From contig OZ024750.1 of assembly GCA_964016885.1 (NCBI GenBank), positions 17,360,001 to 17,424,000 on the forward strand: 64,000 nt of DNA, in the 5' to 3' direction. This DNA is from Eledone cirrhosa (taxonomy: Eukaryota). The notes beneath the pieces are model-generated. The model searched no databases. It was not told the origin of the DNA and saw only the letters and a list, made by a program, of their open reading frames with translations. Position 1 is the stretch's first letter; each line of letters opens with the position of its first letter. Of the stretch, positions 24,579 to 38,304 are shown one piece after another. Position numbers and translations under genes: made by a program.

Positions 24579-24947
24579 ACAACTATTAATAGTTGTCTTT
24601 ATATTTAGTCTCTGTGAGAACTGGAACAACAACAATAATAGCAACAGCAACAACAGCAAGAGCAACAACAACGACAACAACAGCACACTAGCGTCAACAA
24701 CAGAAACAGTAGCAGCTGATGTACATAGAAACGACGAAAAAGTGTAAGGTGGGATAAGTATATCAGAGTAAATCAGAGTATCTCAATAAAGGCGGAGTCA
24801 GACGGAATGAAGCGGAAGAAGGCGGAATGAAACGAAGTGAGCGATAGATAGATAGATTGATGGATGGATATATAGATAGATAGGTAGGTAGAAAGATATA
24901 TATATATATATGTGTGTGTGTGTAGATAGATAGACAGACAGACAGGC

Positions 24948-24997
<50 letters not shown>

Positions 24998-26135
24998 GGA
25001 GAGATAGGTGGGGGAAAAGGAGAGAAAGTAGTAGAAAGAGGGAGAGACACCAAAATACACAGTGTGTATTTATGGTTGTAGTGACGTGGCGTGGAACAAA
25101 CACGAAAGAAAAGATGGCGGTGACGGTGGCGTGAAGTGGGGGAGGGGGTTAAAGGTGAAGACAGAAAATAAAGAATATGACAAAAATATATAATAAACAG
25201 TCAAAAAGAAAAATAAACTAAAAAGCGGGGAAGCATCTCTAACTAATGGTCGATAGTTTTCAGTGAATAGGAATGTAATCGGTATAAGAAAGCAAGTGGC
25301 ACGTAAGGTATAAGACGAACAGTTCTGCTACGTGACCATTGTCCTCCATTTTGGCGCAGTTTCTTGACCAGTCCTCATTTTCTAATTGCATTCTCTGAAA
25401 TAAAATCGTCAGTTTTTCATTTCCCATCTTTATATCCGGTTCTTCTTGGAAATCTTTCTATAGATTTTGTGTATATTTATTATGTCGTCTGTTTTCTTTC
25501 ATTTTCGTTTTTTTTTTTTGTTTTTTTTATGTTTTAATTATTTGGTTTATTGTTATTTTTGTTTGATTAATTATTTTTATTTGTTGCTTTTGGCATAAAA
25601 GTTTGTGAATAAGAATCAGATCCGTTTCGCTTTTACTTTTTTATTTTATTGATTATATTGATGCTGTTGTTGTTGCTGTTGTGGTTGTTGTTGGGGGCGA
25701 TGGTGGTGGTGGTGGTGGTGGTGGTGGTGGAGTGAAGTTTGCTGGTGTTGTGGTGGTGGTATTGGCAGTGGAACATTTTGTTGTTGATGTTGTTAGTGGT
25801 GGAGGTTGTATGATGGTGGTGGTCGGGAATATTGGTAGTGATGGCGGTGTTGCTGGGAAAGTTTGTTGGTGGAAGTGTTGCTGTTGTTGTTGTTAGTGTT
25901 GGTGGTGATGATGGTGGTAGAGGTGGTAGTAGGGGGTATTGTTAGCGATGGGGGTGCTGCTGGGTGTAATGGTAGCAGTGATTGTGCTATGGAGGTGGAG
26001 GGGCTTCTTATATGAATGTTTTAAACAATGTTTTCAAAAATACGTCTTTACACTGAACAGCTTGTTTGTATCTCTATTATTCTGTAAATGTGTTTATCTC
26101 TCTATCTCTCTATCTCTCTCTCTCTCTCTTTCTCA

Positions 26136-26188
<53 letters not shown>

Positions 26189-26189
<1 letters not shown>

Positions 26190-26383
26190 CGAAGGAATTG
26201 TGGTAAGGAACCAGATGGACCATAACGCACCAAAGTACTCAATACTTAGGGTAGTAGAGTGGGTAATAGGAACAAGTATGACCCCGACGGCAGAGCTCAA
26301 GCCGTTTCGACGGCTATTTCTGGACTAACTAGAAATAGCCGTCGAAATGGCTTGAGCTCTGCCGTCGGGGTCATACTTGTTCC

Positions 26384-26386
<3 letters not shown>
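26189..26386 (+). mobile_element. (TA)n-embedded short element ending in a ~56-bp near-perfect inverted repeat
   Basis: Arms 26266-26321 and 26331-26386; family shared with 669 and 62037. Confidence 0.8.
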
Positions 26387-26414
<28 letters not shown>

Positions 26415-26430
26415 GTATGTGTGTGTGTGC

Positions 26431-26462
<32 letters not shown>

Positions 26463-26478
26463 GTATGTGTGTGTGTGC

Positions 26479-26544
<66 letters not shown>

Positions 26545-26546
<2 letters not shown>

Positions 26547-26668
26547 TCCGGGTTCAATCAGGTGTAACCACAGTAAGTAAGGTACTCAATACATAGAAGG
26601 GCTTTCCTGATGATTTCCTTCAAATGAAACATTTCTAGTCCTGTAGAAGCAATTTCTATATTAAATAT
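26545..26668 (+). mobile_element. Short insert with hammerhead-like core, related to 35850-35952
   Basis: CTGATGA (26607)-tttccttcaaat-GAAA (26626); two segments shared with 35850-35952, one of them inverted. Confidence 0.5.
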
Positions 26669-26690
26669 TACACGCGCGCACACACACACA

Positions 26691-26759
<69 letters not shown>

Positions 26760-27111
26760 ACTGAAGTGACTTAAAAGGAGGGAAAAACAAATAGAATATT
26801 GTAGTCTGAGAAACACATTGGCAGAATAAGAGAAGAAAACACAAGAATGTTCTTTGTTGGAATACTACAGCTCAAAGGTCTACTGAATCAGGGCCTACCT
26901 GGGACCAAATGAAACAGCAACAATAATAACAATAACCAGTAGTGTCTACACATTTAAGTACAGTTTTTTTTATATTATCTCATTTTACGTTCCATTTTTT
27001 CTTCTCAATTGAAAAAAATGTATTTTCTTTTTCTATTGAATTGTTTTTACTATTATAAATATCAATTTATTACTGTTAAATAAATAAACAAAAATTTTTA
27101 AAGATTTGTTT

Positions 27112-27184
27112 CGAGCTCACCAGGATTCGAACCTGGAATCTTCTGATCCGTAGTCAGACGCGTTATCCGTTGCGCCATGAGCCC
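27112..27184 (-). tRNA. tRNA-Arg(ACG)
   Basis: GGGCTCATGGCGCAACGGATAACGCGTCTGACTACGGATCAGAAGATTCCAGGTTCGAATCCTGGTGAGCTCG; 73-nt cloverleaf, anticodon ACG. Confidence 0.95.
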
Positions 27185-27269
27185 ACCTCGTTCATGATCG
27201 AGTAATACTGACTGTTATTTGGCATCTGAGAAAGCTGTCATTATTGTATGGTGGATTCACCACTTTACA

Positions 27270-27670
27270 TTGGATTGGCAGTATCGGTAGAGCATTAGAC
27301 ACCATGCTTTGCAGTATAAAGTCATGGCCCTTTACGTTCTGAATTCAAATCCCGTCGAGGTTAACTTTGCTTTTCATCCTTACGGGGTCGATAAAATAAA
27401 GTACCAGTAATGCACTGGAGTAATTGCTGGCCTTGGCCAAAAGTAGAAACAATTATTGCATGTATTGGTAGAACGTCGGACAACATACTTACTGACATAG
27501 AGTTACGGCCCTTTACGTTCTGAGATCAAATCCCGCCGAGGTTAACTTTGCCTTTCATCCTTACGAAGTCGATAAAATAAAGTACCAGTAAGGCACTGGT
27601 ACTTTATTAAATCGACTTCCCTTCCCCCCTTCAAATTGCTGGCCTTATGTCTAAAGTAGAAACAATTATT
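27270..27670 (+). mobile_element. Two tandem SINE copies
   Basis: Same core as the 15378-16072 copies. Confidence 0.85.
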
Positions 27671-28609
27671 GTATGGTAGTTTCTATGTTTCTATTGGTCT
27701 TTCTATTACTTAGCTTTATCTATCAGTTGCAACCCTAACTGAAGAACGAAGCCGATCATCAGATTGAACCAAGGAAAGAATACTTCTAATGTTGATATCT
27801 ACCAGTCGCAACACCTAGCACCAAAAAGGAGCTAACCATTAAATCGAACCACGGAAACAATGTTTCTTTGCTTTCCATTGCTGATATTATCTATCGTCTT
27901 TTCATTGTTGATGCTATCAATAATTCGCTGCTATTTTTAAGAAGCGAGGGGATAATAGGATGTAGGGTTCTCGTTTGCCTTAAAAATGTGAGAGGGACAA
28001 ACCAACATTTGTTGCTTCTTAAAGGAGCATGTTAGTGCTTTTCCCGGACCCTATCACATAAGTAAAATTTTACGCTAATTCAATTTTATATATTCAAATG
28101 AAGTTCGAATATAAAAAAATAAGCTTAAAAAAAAAATATTATATCAAATAAACAAAAAATAAAACATAGACGTTTGAAAAAGTGTGTGTGTGGGGGGGGG
28201 GGGGGGGGGGCATGTCTTCTTGTACCCGCTTACAAGAAGGCCCTTGATAGGATGTAAAAGCGTTCATGCTTTTCTCCAAAGCTATTGGGAGTCTCAGATA
28301 GTTACATGTGCTAGATATGTAGTGGACATATTTAGAATATTTTTACTCAGAGGCCTAGAGTCGAACCCTTTTTATGTATATTTGGATTTAAGACGCACAA
28401 TTCAATATATACATATATACGTACATGTATGTATGGTGACATAACACCTGATAGAATCGTAGGGGCACCGTATTTACATACGGCGTTTCTTGTCCATTTT
28501 AAGCCTGGCGGAGCCCATCCCTCTTCCGGCCAGAGTACAGCAGATTTCTTCCAGAGAAAAATAAAAAGTGAGAGAGAGGAAATGGGAAAGATATATAAAG
28601 GAAGAACAG

Positions 28610-28755
28610 ACCCCAGTACTAGACTGGTACTTTTTTTTTATCGATCTCGAAAGTTGACCTCGCCGGGATTTGAACTCAGAGAGCAGAGACCCGGAATGAA
28701 TACCGCAAAGCATTCTATCTGACGTTCTAACGACTCTGCCAATTGGCCGCCTATC
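28610..28755 (-). mobile_element. SINE copy
   Basis: Reverse complement similar to the copy at 15925-16070. Confidence 0.75.
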
Positions 28756-28842
28756 GTGTGGCTTTGACCGAGGGCTAAACAAAATTAACAATGTTAACAT
28801 ATTTTTATACTAATCAATGAAAAGAAAACAACAAAATCATTA

Positions 28843-28915
28843 CGAGCTCACCAGGATTCGAACCTGGAATCTTCTGATCCGTAGTCAGACGCGTTATCCA
28901 TTGCGCCACGAGCCC
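28843..28915 (-). tRNA. tRNA-Arg(ACG)
   Basis: Second 73-nt copy with two substitutions relative to the 27112 copy; T-runs downstream on the minus strand. Confidence 0.95.
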
Positions 28916-30354
28916 TTGCGGCTGATTAGTAAGTTATAGTGTCTATTATAGTTACGTTTAAAACGGTGAGTAGCACGTGTTAACTGCTATGGAGAAGTTT
29001 GTTTTGTATAGAATTCTGTACTGGTTTATATTTAGGGTATAATCAAGGCTGGTACTATCATTAACTCCAGCTGTGCAGCAGCCTAGGACACAGATCTCAA
29101 AGGATCACAGTTTTATACATATTATATATACGTATACAATAAAATAGACAATAATTTCCTGCAACAAATAAATAAATCACCAAACACCATTGCCGGGTAG
29201 CAGCGTTGTGTGAAGAGGGAAAGGAGTGTATGGTATTATGACCTATCACATGATTTGGTGTGGCTCAGTGTGGACTATGTAGAATTATTCTTAGTGTGGT
29301 CAATGCAAAAATTGTCGAAAACCAGATTCATCAACTTTCTAACTGTATATTGAAATTATTTGGGGAGGAAGGTCGAGAAAGGGGCGCATAGCTGGAAGAA
29401 GGGGTGCACATTTTAGAGCTATTTAAAGGTACTAAATACCCTAATCTAACGGAGGGTTGAACAATAAGCTCTTAAAAGATTATGGCACCACACATATATA
29501 ATCTGCATATGAAATTTTTGGGGAATGACAAATATATTTAATTTGTTTTAAATGGTGTCTTTTTTACCTTTGGTGCCCTAAGTATGTTCTTATTTTGCTT
29601 AATTATTAACCCCGCCCTAGACGAAGAAGAAATCTCATGACACAAGACAAGAGAGTAGGAGTTACCAATGAATAGCTAATACTCCAATTAGGCATCTCAA
29701 CATTTCAAGAGGCCAATCTACCGGAGTTAGGAATTGTAGAAGACTCAAATAAGGTTGCTGATCTATATGGAATCAGGACCGGATTTAATGATGGAACAAA
29801 GAGGGCAATTGCCTCTAACCTCTGCTGTAGGAAGCCCCAACCAGCGACGGCTGTAGCAATTTATTTGTGCCCACAGTTAAGCTTTTTAGTTTTAGGATGG
29901 CTTGAAATTTTGAATGTAATACCTGTATGTATAACTTCTCAATTCCAATTACTTGCACCTAGCTAACTTTGATATGTAAAATTGGGGGGTTTGCGCTCCT
30001 CAACAAATCTGAAGTGCCCCGGCCTCCCAAGGTCTAAATTCAGCCCTGCATTGAATGGATCTCCGTCGGTTTCAGCGATGAGTAGTCCATCGATCAACAT
30101 AAGAAGAGCCTGCGCATGAAATTAACGTGTAAGTGATTGAGCATAGTTCAGATAAGTGTATATTTAAGGTAATTCCCAACGTGACACAGTACGCATCATG
30201 ACTGGTCTTTGGAATTACAGGTACAGTACATCCGGCTGGGTGCTAAACATTTGATATTTACCCAATTTCACTCTCAAGGTATGGATCGATATCTTAGCAT
30301 TTATTTATATAGAGATCAGGTAAAGGACATTTGCCCAAGAATGTGTGTGTGGTA

Positions 30355-30738
30355 CAGACACACGCACACACACACATACACATGCACACACACACATACA
30401 CACACATGCACACACACACACATGCACACACACACATGCACACACACACACATGCACGCACACGCACACACACACACACACACATACACACATGCACACA
30501 CACACATGCACACTCACACACATACACACACACACACACACACACATGCACACACACACCCATGCACACACACATGCACACACACATGCACACGCACACA
30601 CATGCACAAACACACATGCACACTCACACACACACACACATGCACACACACACACACACACATGCACACACACACACACACATGCACACACACACATGCA
30701 CACACATACACACATGCACACACATACACATACACACT

Positions 30739-30772
<34 letters not shown>
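30355..30772. repeat. (CA)n with periodic TG interruptions (cacacacatg)
   Basis: Seen directly. Confidence 0.9.
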
Positions 30773-30867
30773 ATGATTTAGAAGGCAGAATGTTAGAATT
30801 TCATCACATCCTATCTTATACGTAAACCTGTGGTACGTATTTCTAAGGCGGGTAAAATTCCCGAGAT

Positions 30868-30980
30868 CCATGGACGAGTTCTCTCCAGCGGTCTCTGTCC
30901 CTTATTATCGCTGCCATGTCCTGCGTCTCCAACAGACCAGTGTCTGTCCTTAGGGCATCAACATACGTTAACATTCGATA
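30868..30980 (-). mobile_element. RTE-type LINE ORF 3' end fragment
   Basis: LTYVDALRTDTGL...MAAIIRDRDRWRELV. Confidence 0.6.
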
Positions 30981-31019
30981 CCATAATACACCCACATACA
31001 CACACACAGACACACACAT

Positions 31020-31520
31020 ATGAAAATTCTTTTCATCAGATAAGAACCAGACTGTCCCTGGTTCAACAGGATGTTTCACTTTGTTCGGGAGCTTCTTTGC
31101 CTTTGTCAAATGGTTTTCTTGACCTTTACGCCTCTTGTATAAGTGGTAGAAGGGGTCTCCATTCAAGACCAGCTTCATGGTGGAAGCTACAATACCCATT
31201 TCCCGCACTAAATCTCGCATTCCTTTGCCTGGGTGTTCCATAACTTTCTCCTGTAGTTGTTAGCTAAATTCTGGTGTACGGAGGCAATCAGAAACGTCCG
31301 ATGTATTCTTCCCTTCAAGCCATGGTCTCGTAGTCGCCATTGCAGCTCTTCATTTGACGTCTTATAGCTTTCACAGTGTTCAAAGAGCATTGAGCAGCTG
31401 TCATGGTTGTAGAAGTTTGATGCCCGGCATGAATCATCATGAAGTAGGATACCCTTTTCCAACATTCAGGTGTTTTCCATTTGCCCATGTCAGTTAATTT
31501 TGCAATCTTTAAAACTGTAA
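31020..31520 (-). pseudogene. Tc1/mariner transposase remnant
   Basis: MRDLVREMGIVASTMKLVL...AKKLPNKVKHP...WFLSDEKNF (first catalytic D motif); frameshifted. Confidence 0.7.
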
Positions 31521-31919
31521 TGATTGTCGCACAAGGCCGTTCACTTTTCACAGATGCTCTCCACCCCCACAACCACCCATCTCTCCCCTTGCTCTCTCTC
31601 ACTCCCCATTCTCTCTCTCTCTTCCTCTCTTCTTCTCTCTTTCCCTCTCTCTCTCTCACTCTCTCTTCCCCCCCCCCTCGCTCTCTTCACCCTCACTTTC
31701 TCTCTTCTCCTCTCTCTCCCCTCTCTCTCTCTCACCCCCTCTCTCTCCCCTCTCTCTCTCTCTCTCACCATATCGTCCCATCTATATCTGAAAAAAAAAT
31801 GATATGTATTTATAGGCATCAAAAGAAGAGAAAAGAGAAAAGGCATGCCTCGTGGGTGATATTAACTAGTAAAAAACAACTAATAGTAGAGCACTCAGTC
31901 GATAGGATGAGTTTGGTAG

Positions 31920-32052
31920 AAGTAGTTCCACAACAATTAGTTGACCATACCGAGAACAAATGTTTCACCTTATGCGGATCCTCAGCTCGGTCTGAATGAA
32001 TTCAGACCGAAACATTTGTTCTCGATATGGTGAACTAACTGTTGTGGAATTA

Positions 32053-32055
<3 letters not shown>
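31920..32055. mobile_element. Inverted-repeat insert containing a hammerhead
   Basis: ~47-bp arms 31920-31966 and 32009-32055 next to (TA)n. Confidence 0.7.
31949..31991 (-). ncRNA. Minimal type I hammerhead ribozyme
   Basis: accgag-CTGAGGA-t cc gcataa gg t-GAAA-c attt g-TT-ctcggt: 6-bp stem I, intact core, GUU site. Confidence 0.7.
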
Positions 32056-32129
<74 letters not shown>

Positions 32130-32226
32130 CGATGAAATGCCTAGGACGGTTGGAAGGCCACTGATGAAGGACTTACTTTTTCATATGTAACCCATTTGCA
32201 ACGCCGCAGCTCCATTATTATCATTT

Positions 32227-32291
<65 letters not shown>

Positions 32292-32295
<4 letters not shown>

Positions 32296-32385
32296 AGTAT
32301 GTATACGTACATACATATATGTATACAGACGCACAGTAGTATGCATATATATATATATATTGGCAACATGACCCTCCCAAGGTAT

Positions 32386-32440
<55 letters not shown>

Positions 32441-32490
32441 TACTACTGTGCGTCTGTATACATATATGTATGTACGTATACATACTTATA
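32292..32490. repeat. Long inverted repeat built within (TA)n
   Basis: tataagtatgtatacgtacatac...cagacgcacagtagtatgca and its reverse complement around a short spacer. Confidence 0.8.
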
Positions 32491-32873
32491 TTTAAGTAAC
32501 AGCCGTACTAAGAGTGAGAAATGAAATTTCGTTTCATTTTTTCCGTTTATATATATATATATATATATGCTATGACCTTTTCAGACAGTTAGAAGCAACA
32601 CATAGAAAACATAAAAACATAAAGTTATATATATATATATAAAGTTATATATATATAAAGCTATATATATATATATAAACAATTGTTTGGAAAGAGAGAT
32701 ATATTTTAACTTTAATTATATCTCATAAAATAATACAACTGGCTTTTCCACATAATACATTTTGTTAGCACCCCAAACACTTAAATTGGGTTCATATTAA
32801 AATATAACCTAATGTTTGTTGAGTGAGATGGTTACCAGTCAGAGTTTAGCTTTAAACTATCTCTGTTATTGTA

Positions 32874-32951
<78 letters not shown>

Positions 32952-32954
<3 letters not shown>

Positions 32955-33072
32955 TTATTAAAATAACAGATTAAAGTTTAAGCAAAGAATCGCTGGTTAG
33001 TTTCAGAAGATCCCGTTAAGGGTGAAAGCACCGATTCTTTGCTTAAACTTTAATCTGTTATTTTAATAAATA
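32952..33072 (+). mobile_element. 41-bp perfect inverted repeat with a hammerhead-like remnant in the loop
   Basis: Arms 32952-32992 and 33032-33072; loop contains CAGAAGA-t ccc gttaa ggg t-GAAA. Confidence 0.65.
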
Positions 33073-33298
33073 TTTGCTCTACGGTTCTTATATATTTGAT
33101 ATATATTTATATATATATATATATAATCACTGGTCGACGTATAAACTGCCTTTTATACTTCCAGAGCCTATAAAATAAATACTAGTAATACAGAATATCA
33201 GAATATGTGATCTGGTGTCTCAGCTACAAATCAATATTTATAAAACACCCTTTTATTCAATCACCACACTTTCTTTACACAAACATTTTTCAACCTAC

Positions 33299-33299
<1 letters not shown>

Positions 33300-33329
<30 letters not shown>

Positions 33330-33630
33330 TCTGTCCCTCTCTGTCTCTCTCCCTCTTCCTTTCTAACGCACTCTTTTCGTGAATTATATGTTTCTCTCTT
33401 TCTCTCTTTCCCCCCTTCTCTCTAGCTTTCTCTCTTTCTCTCTTTCACACACACTCTATCACTTTCCTCCTCGCTCTTCATCTCATATCTCTCTCTTCTC
33501 CTTTCCCTCTCTCTATCTCTCACCTCACCTCCTCTCTCTCTCTATCATTCTCTATCTCTCGTTCTCTCTTTCTCTCTTTCTCTCTTTCAGTGTGTCTGTG
33601 CGGTGTGGTGAAAGAGAAAGAGGCAGAGAA

Positions 33631-33670
<40 letters not shown>

Positions 33671-34730
33671 CCGTTCCCTAGCAACATATATTTCCTTCTC
33701 CCCTCACCCTGTCCCCCTCTCTCTCTCTCTATCTCTAGCTCTCTCCTTCTCTCTTTCTCCTTCTCATCTCACCTCCTCTCTCTCATTCTCTCTCATTCTC
33801 TCTCATTCTCTTTCTCTCTTTCTCTCTTCCAATGTACGTGTCCTGTGTGTGTGAAAAAGAAAGAGGGCAGAAAGAAAGAGAGGTAGAAAAAGAGTGACAG
33901 AGAGCCATTCTCTATCAATATGTATTTCCTTCTCCACCACCCTGTCCCTCTCTCTCTCTCTCCACCACACTGTCCCTCACTCTCTCGCTCTCTCTGTCTC
34001 TCTCCCCTTGCTCTCTCTCACTCCCCCTTCTCTCTCTCTTCCTCTCTTCCCTTCTCTCTCTCCAGCACTCTGTCCCTCACTCTCTCTCTCTCTCTGTCTC
34101 TCTTCCTCCCTCTTTCTCTCGCCTTGCTCTCTCTCACTCCTCCTTCTCTCTCTCTTCCTCTCTTCCCTTCTCCCCCTCCACCCACCCCTCACTCACTCTC
34201 TCTCTCTCTCTCTGTCTTTCTCCACCCCCCCATCTCTCCCCTTGCTCTCTCTCACTCCCCCTTCTCTCTCTTCCCCTCTCTTTCCCCCCTCTCCACCCGC
34301 TCTCTTCCCCCCTCTCCACCCGCTCTCTTCACCCTCACTTTCTCTCTTCTCTCTCTCCCCTCTCACTCTCTCTCACCCCCTCTCTCTCCCCTCCCTCTCT
34401 CTCTGTCTTCACCCCTCTCTCTCTTTCTTCTCCCCACCCTCTCTCACCCCCTCTCTCTGTCTTCACCCCTCTCTCTCTTTCTTCTCCCCACCCTCTCTCA
34501 ACCCCTCTCTCTCCCCTCCCTCTCTCTGTCTTCACCCCTCTCTCTCTTTCTTCTTCCCACCCTCTCTCAACCCCTCTCTCTCTCCCCTCCCTCTCTCTGT
34601 CTTCACCCCTCTCTCTCTCTTTCTTCTCCCCACCCTCTCTCAACCCCTCTCTCTCCCCTCCCTCTCTCTCTGTCTTCACCCCTCTCTCTCTTTCTTCTCC
34701 CCACCCTCTCTTCCCCTCTCTCTCTCTCTC
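33300..34730. repeat. CT-rich low-complexity region with a ~50-70 bp CT minisatellite (34380-34730)
   Basis: Repeated ctgtcttcacccctctctctctttcttctccccaccctctctc. Confidence 0.9.
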
Positions 34731-35149
34731 CCAACATATCGTCCCATCTATCACACTAACAGCCAGTCTCCACCTACATCTGTTTCCAAATATTACAGTC
34801 AACCAACCAACGAAACGTTTCCCAAATGAACGCTGCTTCACCAAACTCATTTGTCCAGGCACGTGGCTTAGGGATTTCATATCAGCCAATAGTGTTACAT
34901 CTCCGTGGAAGGAGCAAACATAGAGAAAGGAAGAGAGGGGGTTGATACCGTAAAGAGGGAGTAGGAGGAATAGAAGCAGAAGTTGGTGTAAAGGTTAGAT
35001 AAGAGGTGTGAGGGAGGGAGATTGTGGCAGTGGGAGGTTACGAACGACGGTGGAGGAGATGAGCTAAGAGGCTAATAAACCTAGGAGAGGAAGAGAGAGT
35101 AGGAGGGGGAGAAAGACAGATTTTTACAGGATAGACCGGTTGGTGGTGA

Positions 35150-35848
<699 letters not shown>

Positions 35849-35952
35849 CGTTCTAGTCCTGTAGAATCTCATCTATATTAAAACTGTTATACTCTGCTAT
35901 GTATTGAGTACCTTACTTACTGTGGTTACCTCCGATTCAACCCGGAATAACG

Positions 35953-35983
<31 letters not shown>

Positions 35984-36013
35984 ATCTATCTTTCTATCTA
36001 ACTGTCTATTCAT

Positions 36014-36046
<33 letters not shown>

Positions 36047-36047
<1 letters not shown>

Positions 36048-36365
36048 GCACCCCAGTAAATTTACTGAAAGGTGGGTGAATGAAGCGAAAATGGCCCGAG
36101 TGATTGGGCCTTCTCTGTTTATAAGCCTGTAGGTTGAGGAAGAGAGCAAAAGGAAGAAAGGAGCACTTGCACAACACGCTCCTTGAGTTGAGGGTTGTTC
36201 TATCGACGGGGTATTAAACAACCCATTTGTGGCGCCTCCCCCCTATTGGGGATTTCGATTGTTGAAATTGTTTGTTTTTATATTTTTTACACGACTGTAT
36301 GTAAAATCCCCGGCATGTCTTTGTATTGTCCCCTTTCTTGTTGCGCCCTTGTGGCTAATAAAGAA

Positions 36366-36418
<53 letters not shown>

Positions 36419-36908
36419 GCACGAAGGAGAGGCGGTTTTCCTTTGTGTGATAGCTATGGCGAAAGAGGTTGTATGGTGGACAAGGTTGAAAGGGCTGAGG
36501 TCAGACACCTTTCTCTCCGGCCAACAACTGATTCTTTTTTTCAAATACCACTTTGGAAGAAAAATCAGGATGGAGAGAGAGGTGCTGTACCCCAGCAAGT
36601 TTTATGAAAGGTGGGTGAAAGTGGCGAGAATGGCTCGAGTGAATGGGCCTTCTCTCTATATCAGCCTGTAGGTTGAGGAAAAGGAGGAGGAGAGGAAAGG
36701 AGTACAAGCTCTTCGTACTCCTGGAGATGAGGGTTGCACATTTTTTTTCGGGGGTATGTGTTACCCATATAAACTGTCTCCCTCTATTGGGGAAAATCGA
36801 CTAACTTTTAAATTCCATCTGTGATAACATTTTACACGTTTTTATTGTATGTAAACTTCCCCCTTTGTATTTGTCCCCTTCTTTTGTGCCCCTGTGGCTA
36901 ATAAAGAA

Positions 36909-36945
<37 letters not shown>

Positions 36946-37168
36946 ACACGACTGTATGTAAAATCCCCGACATGTCTTTGTATTGTCCCCTTTTCTTGTG
37001 CGCCCTTGTGGCTAAAAAAGAAATATATCTATCTATCTATCCATCTATCTATCTATCTATCTATTTATCTTGCACGAAGGAGAGGCGGTTTTCCTTTGTG
37101 TGATAGCTATGGCGAAAGAGGTTGTATGGTGGACAAGGTTGAAAGGGCTGAGGTCAGACACCTTTCTC
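36047..37168 (+). mobile_element. Array of four 5'-truncated Tx1 B-family pieces (36047-36367, 36418-36910, 36944-37024, 37070-37168) separated by (CTAT)n
   Basis: ORF2 C-terminal and 3' UTR sequence, each piece preceded by TCTA repeats; the first three end in aagaaat followed by (CTAT)n. Confidence 0.88.
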
Positions 37169-37169
37169 T

Positions 37170-37501
37170 ATTATTGTTATTCCTTTTTTCCATTATCTGA
37201 GGGTTTAGAACCCTCAGATAAATGGAAAAAGATGAGTATTGACGTACATGGGAATCTTTGGTTATCGCACCAACACATCACCCATCTCTTTCCATTCAAA
37301 TTAGAAACTACATTCTTAGCGAGTTTAAATGGCAAGTAAGTATGTTTTGAAACAGTGAGCAGGTTTGAAATTAGAAAATATATAGCTTTCACCGTATTTT
37401 TGACTAAAGGAATTTTAGCCTGATAATGGGGTTTAGAACCCTCAGATAAATGGAAAAAGATGAGTATTGACGTACATGGGAGTCGAACCCACATCTTTGG
37501 T

Positions 37502-37505
<4 letters not shown>
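37170..37505. mobile_element. Short insert with a ~53-bp direct repeat (37201-37253 / 37429-37481) and a fold-back at its left end
   Basis: gggtttagaaccctcagataaatggaaaaagatgagtattgacgtacatggga occurs twice; ttttccattatctgagggt is inverted to it. Confidence 0.6.
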
Positions 37506-37541
<36 letters not shown>

Positions 37542-37655
37542 ATATATATATTTCCAAGAGATGTCAACATGAAGAGACCTGTTAATTTTATCTAAAGTCA
37601 TTTTTTCCAATTCCAACCCGCCTGTCCCTTTCAATCTATCTTATTTCTCATTCTT

Positions 37656-37691
37656 TCTTCTGGTGAAGGACTAGCGTCCGAAACGTTAAGA
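37656..37691 (+). ncRNA. Minimal Penelope-type hammerhead with one core mutation
   Basis: tctt-CTGGTGA-a ggac tagc gtcc-GAAA-cg-TT-aaga; palindromic AACGTT. Confidence 0.6.
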
Positions 37692-37963
37692 CCCTTCCCG
37701 CTATTTCTACCGTCAACCTAATATATTATTTCCATATACTGTACCGGTTGTGTTGTTACTTTTGTTTACCTTTTACACATATATATATATATATATAAAA
37801 ACAAATAACGAAACGAAATTAAATTTAATTGTTTATATATATATATATATGTATAGAAATTTCGTATTTCGAAAGAAATACGGTTTTAGGAAGCCGTAGC
37901 TATGCAAACACCGGGAGGAGGGGCTAACGCCCTCTGGTGATGTCCAGCAGAAGCAAGGGGGAC

Positions 37964-38009
37964 AACCGTCTATGCATTTCAGGCTTGACTGGCCATCGTC
38001 AGGACAATC
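37964..38009 (-). ncRNA. Minimal type I hammerhead ribozyme
   Basis: gattgtc-CTGACGA-t ggc cagtcaa gcc t-GAAA-tgca-TA-gacggtt; palindromic ATGCAT; stem I extends further (gtccagcag/ctgctggac). Confidence 0.72.
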
Positions 38010-38304
38010 CCTCCCACTGCTTGCGACTGCTGGACTAGAAGACAGCCGAAAATATATAGTTTTCTCGTCTGTGTAAATGAGGTGATTAATCTCATTTGCA
38101 TATGAAGCTGAATAAGTTGGCTCAACTTATAATAGAATAGAAATAAGATTTCGCTTCAAGCATAGCTTTATACAATATGTATAGAAATTTCGTATTTCGA
38201 AAGAAATGCGGTTTTAGGAAGCCGTAGGAAAGGTAAAGGAAAAGAGAGTGCTCTATGTAGGCTACAGAGCTTTTTAGTTATGTAATAAACAATATAAGAT
38301 AATT

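Noticed and set aside
32161-32200. CTGATGA as a hammerhead core (also at ~56917 and ~60395)
   Set aside because: No correctly placed GAAA/NUH or stem I partner
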